A stretch of 64,000 bases of DNA from Balanoglossus misakiensis. Taxonomy: Eukaryota; Animalia; Hemichordata. The DNA lies in contig CM082585.2 in NCBI GenBank assembly GCA_040954595.2, forward strand, positions 4,737,358-4,801,357. The letters are read 5' to 3'. Shown in pieces: positions 61,701 through 64,000 of this stretch (positions within the stretch are counted from its first letter, which is position 1; every line of letters begins with the position of its first letter). Below the pieces are notes generated by a model that worked only from the letters and a program-made list of their open reading frames with translations, ran no database searches and was not told the DNA's origin. The translations under genes and the position numbers were made by a program.

Positions 61701-63988
61701 TTCATTTCTCTGTTGTTGTGTGTCTTTAATGACAAGAGCATAAAATAAAAAGTAAATTTTGAGTTTTGACTGTTTTTACTTATTTTCTTTTCTTCATTTT
61801 CTTTCACACAGAGATCTATCACAGAGTCCGTACGACCAAGTTGGTTGCTGCTCCTTCATAACCCATAATTATTTGAATAGAATAGTCTGTCTTGCAAACA
61901 AGAAGAAACTTGACATGAATAAACTTCCACCGTGTTCTCCAGACGACGCTGCCTTGCCAAATGCAATCAGGTAAGTTTGTATTTTATATCTGTACTATTG
62001 CAGTCACTTGACAGTGTTACACTCGTCCATGCATTTTCATGTTAACCATTGACGAACTCATTACCACCTTCTTCTTAAACCAACTACACTTTCAAACACG
62101 TTGGTTATCTCATGCTAATCCTTATTATAGGAAGCACCTCTCGCTAGAAAATTCGAATGATCATAAAAGAACTTGATTTAAGCAGATGTGATAGACACTC
62201 GTGGCATTGGTTTAATTACTTTAATCTTTATCAGACTTCAAACGAATTTAATTTGGCTCACCATCATTGACTAAAAAATATCAAAATTTAGTATACTAAA
62301 ATGAATTTTTTGTTGACAGAAGTGCATCCAATTATAAAAATATGATATTAAGAATAAATCCATGGAGTGTACCGTTATGTTTTGTCTTTAAGCACTGCTT
62401 ATAATTTCTAAATTTGAGTTAATGCATTTCGTCCCGTATTAATATTTGTTATGAAGAAGTTACTGTAATCAGCTACGCACTTGCACTAATAATAACCAGA
62501 TTTTAATTATCCATTGTTAATTTTCCATCGCGTAGAATGGAGAGATGCTGGAATGATGTTCTGGAAAGTAGCGGAACTGAAAAGGCCTCGTTTGGAAGTG
62601 CTGTAGGACGTTTTGTCAGAACCAGAATGTTGCTGTGCTTCTTACTTCTCTTACTGCATATTTTGCTCTTGATTGTGTCAAATGTAAGTAATATTTTAAG
62701 ATACTTTTGTGATTTTGCAATTGTGTAGTAAGTAATGTAGATTTCTTCCGATAGCAGTTTTGCAAAACAAAGCTTATCCTTCACTTCGCCAAACCATGTA
62801 AAGAATCAGCTTATGAAATATTGAGTCCTGTATTTATAGTAGTACCCGTCTACTCAGTAAAACACATTCTTCCAGGATGGTTTATTTCGCTTTCATTGCA
62901 AGTCGCTCGTACCATAGTGTTAAAGTGCCGTAATATTTTCAAGAATGCCTTAATACTTGCCAGTGAATGGTTATTTAAGACAATTGTTAATGTTAGCATG
63001 GTTTTTTGTTAACACAATCCTGAACTTACAGAAGAAAAAAATTGATAGAGGATATTTATTTATCTCTCTCTCTCTCTTATTTCTGTAGGGAGTCCTGATT
63101 AAATTAATACTTGATTATCTGGAAAGTTCAGTGGAAGACACAACTCGTGGAATACTTCTTGCACTGGGAGTGACTCTTTGTCTAATCGTCAGTTGCATTT
63201 TGTGCAGTGCCTACTATGGAATTGTAGTGCGCACCGGCGTTCGCACAAAAACAGCCATTGTTGCTATGATGTACAGAAAACTGCTACGTCTTCAAGATCT
63301 ACCGGAAAAGAAAATAAAAGGGGTAGGTTACAAGTAACTTTAGAAAAGTTTCATAAAAAGCATGATTTTTCAAGGAGCAGAGTTTTCCGTAAATCGGTAA
63401 ATGATTGCTTGCCACATAAGATTTATGTAATTTGTACAACATTTTCTCATTGTGTTATAAAAAGTTAAATATTGTAAGTAATTAATCTATCTTTAACTTT
63501 TTTTTACCATTGTTATTTTGTCATTGCAATACGTTTTCTTGTATGCTTGTTTAGAAAAATGCAAACTTGCTTGTTTTATTTGAGTGTATGAAAGAATTAT
63601 TTGGTCATCAATATGTTCAGCTAAAAGGAATCTGTTTATATATAGATACAGTTTGGGCATAATTTCAAAGGAAACTGGCATTTATTTACTACATAGTGAA
63701 TTTAACAAAATTACAGAACGGAAGTGCCGATATAACAAGAGCGAATTCGGAATTAATATCTGTGTTTGGTCTTTTTAACTCATATATTGATTTTTTTTTA
63801 ATTTTCAGTTGGTAGACATTTCTACAAAAGATCCACAGCGATATGTTGAACTGGTGACCTACTTGCCCAATGCTTTATTCAGCAGTGTGTGCCTTGGTCT
63901 TGCAATCATCATCATTGCCTGTGTGGTCATCGGACCATCATCCTTGCTGGGAACTCTTGCCATGTTTATTCTGATTGCCATCCTACAG
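43701..63988 (+). CDS. ABCC5-like: ABCC5/MRP5-like ABC transporter (5' part; continues beyond the window) with a ~5,900-aa repetitive N-terminal extension
   Basis: The giant exon 43643-61405 (ATG at 43701) ends GKYTQSLKSLFPVRKK (cf. ABCC5 GKYHHGLSALKPIRT) at the donor AT|gtaagt, phase 2. It is followed by 61812-61970 (PYDQVGCCSFITHNYL, lasso), 62536-62683 (RMERCWND..ASFGSAVGRFVRTRM, TM1), 63089-63322 (RTGVRTKTAIVAMMYRKLLRL) and 63809-63988 (LVDISTKDPQR..IGPSSLLG). All phases are compatible. Confidence 0.88.
44552..53715 (+). repeat. Coding tandem repeat, 54 nt / 18 aa (GDAKGKIGGGIGISGPDF), ~170 copies
   Basis: Frame is preserved throughout; indels are multiples of 3; variation is largely synonymous or conservative. 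Confidence 0.97.
53730..60200 (+). repeat. Coding higher-order repeat: nine ~205-285 aa modules plus one degenerate module
   Basis: KMPKVKGEKNAN(L/F)ACFGK occurs at ~53800, 54591, 55443, 56117, 56848, 57525, 58257, 58989 and 59607; a degenerate KNANFACFGK lies at ~60060. Confidence 0.93.
60260..60910 (+). repeat. Third coding repeat class, ~55-61 aa x 3-4 (GPDGGDNKMKLGGGIG..DIDMSLGMGSFGI)
   Basis: Visible in the translation. Confidence 0.8.
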
Positions 63989-64000
63989 GTCAGTAATAAA

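Overview
AT-rich, intron-containing eukaryotic DNA, probably from a marine invertebrate (inferred from gene structure and repeat types). It holds two unusual genes. (1) A + strand ROCO gene (~17.8-30.4 kb) with the architecture ankyrin repeats-ROC GTPase-COR-death domain, i.e. DAPK1-like but with no kinase in the traced exons. Fourteen of its ankyrin repeats are each encoded by one phase-0 exon of 99-105 nt in a tandem array with near-identical introns, and their variation concentrates on binding-surface residues. A degraded tandem paralog at 1-5.3 kb has frameshifts and has lost ROC-COR-DD through a ~4 kb deletion. (2) An ABCC5/MRP5-like ABC transporter (43.6 kb to beyond the window end). Its first coding exon is a single 17.8-kb exon encoding ~5,900 aa of AHNAK/periaxin-like Gly-rich repeats, and it splices in frame to normal lasso/TMD1 exons. 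Between the two ROCO copies lies a ~6 kb satellite of 53-56 bp units. There are also many non-autonomous DNA elements (9-10 bp TSD YR..YR type, TA, TTA and TTAA types, and hairpin-bearing Crypton-like repeats) and a Penelope-like RT fragment. All calls come from reading the sequence by eye; no database searches were run.
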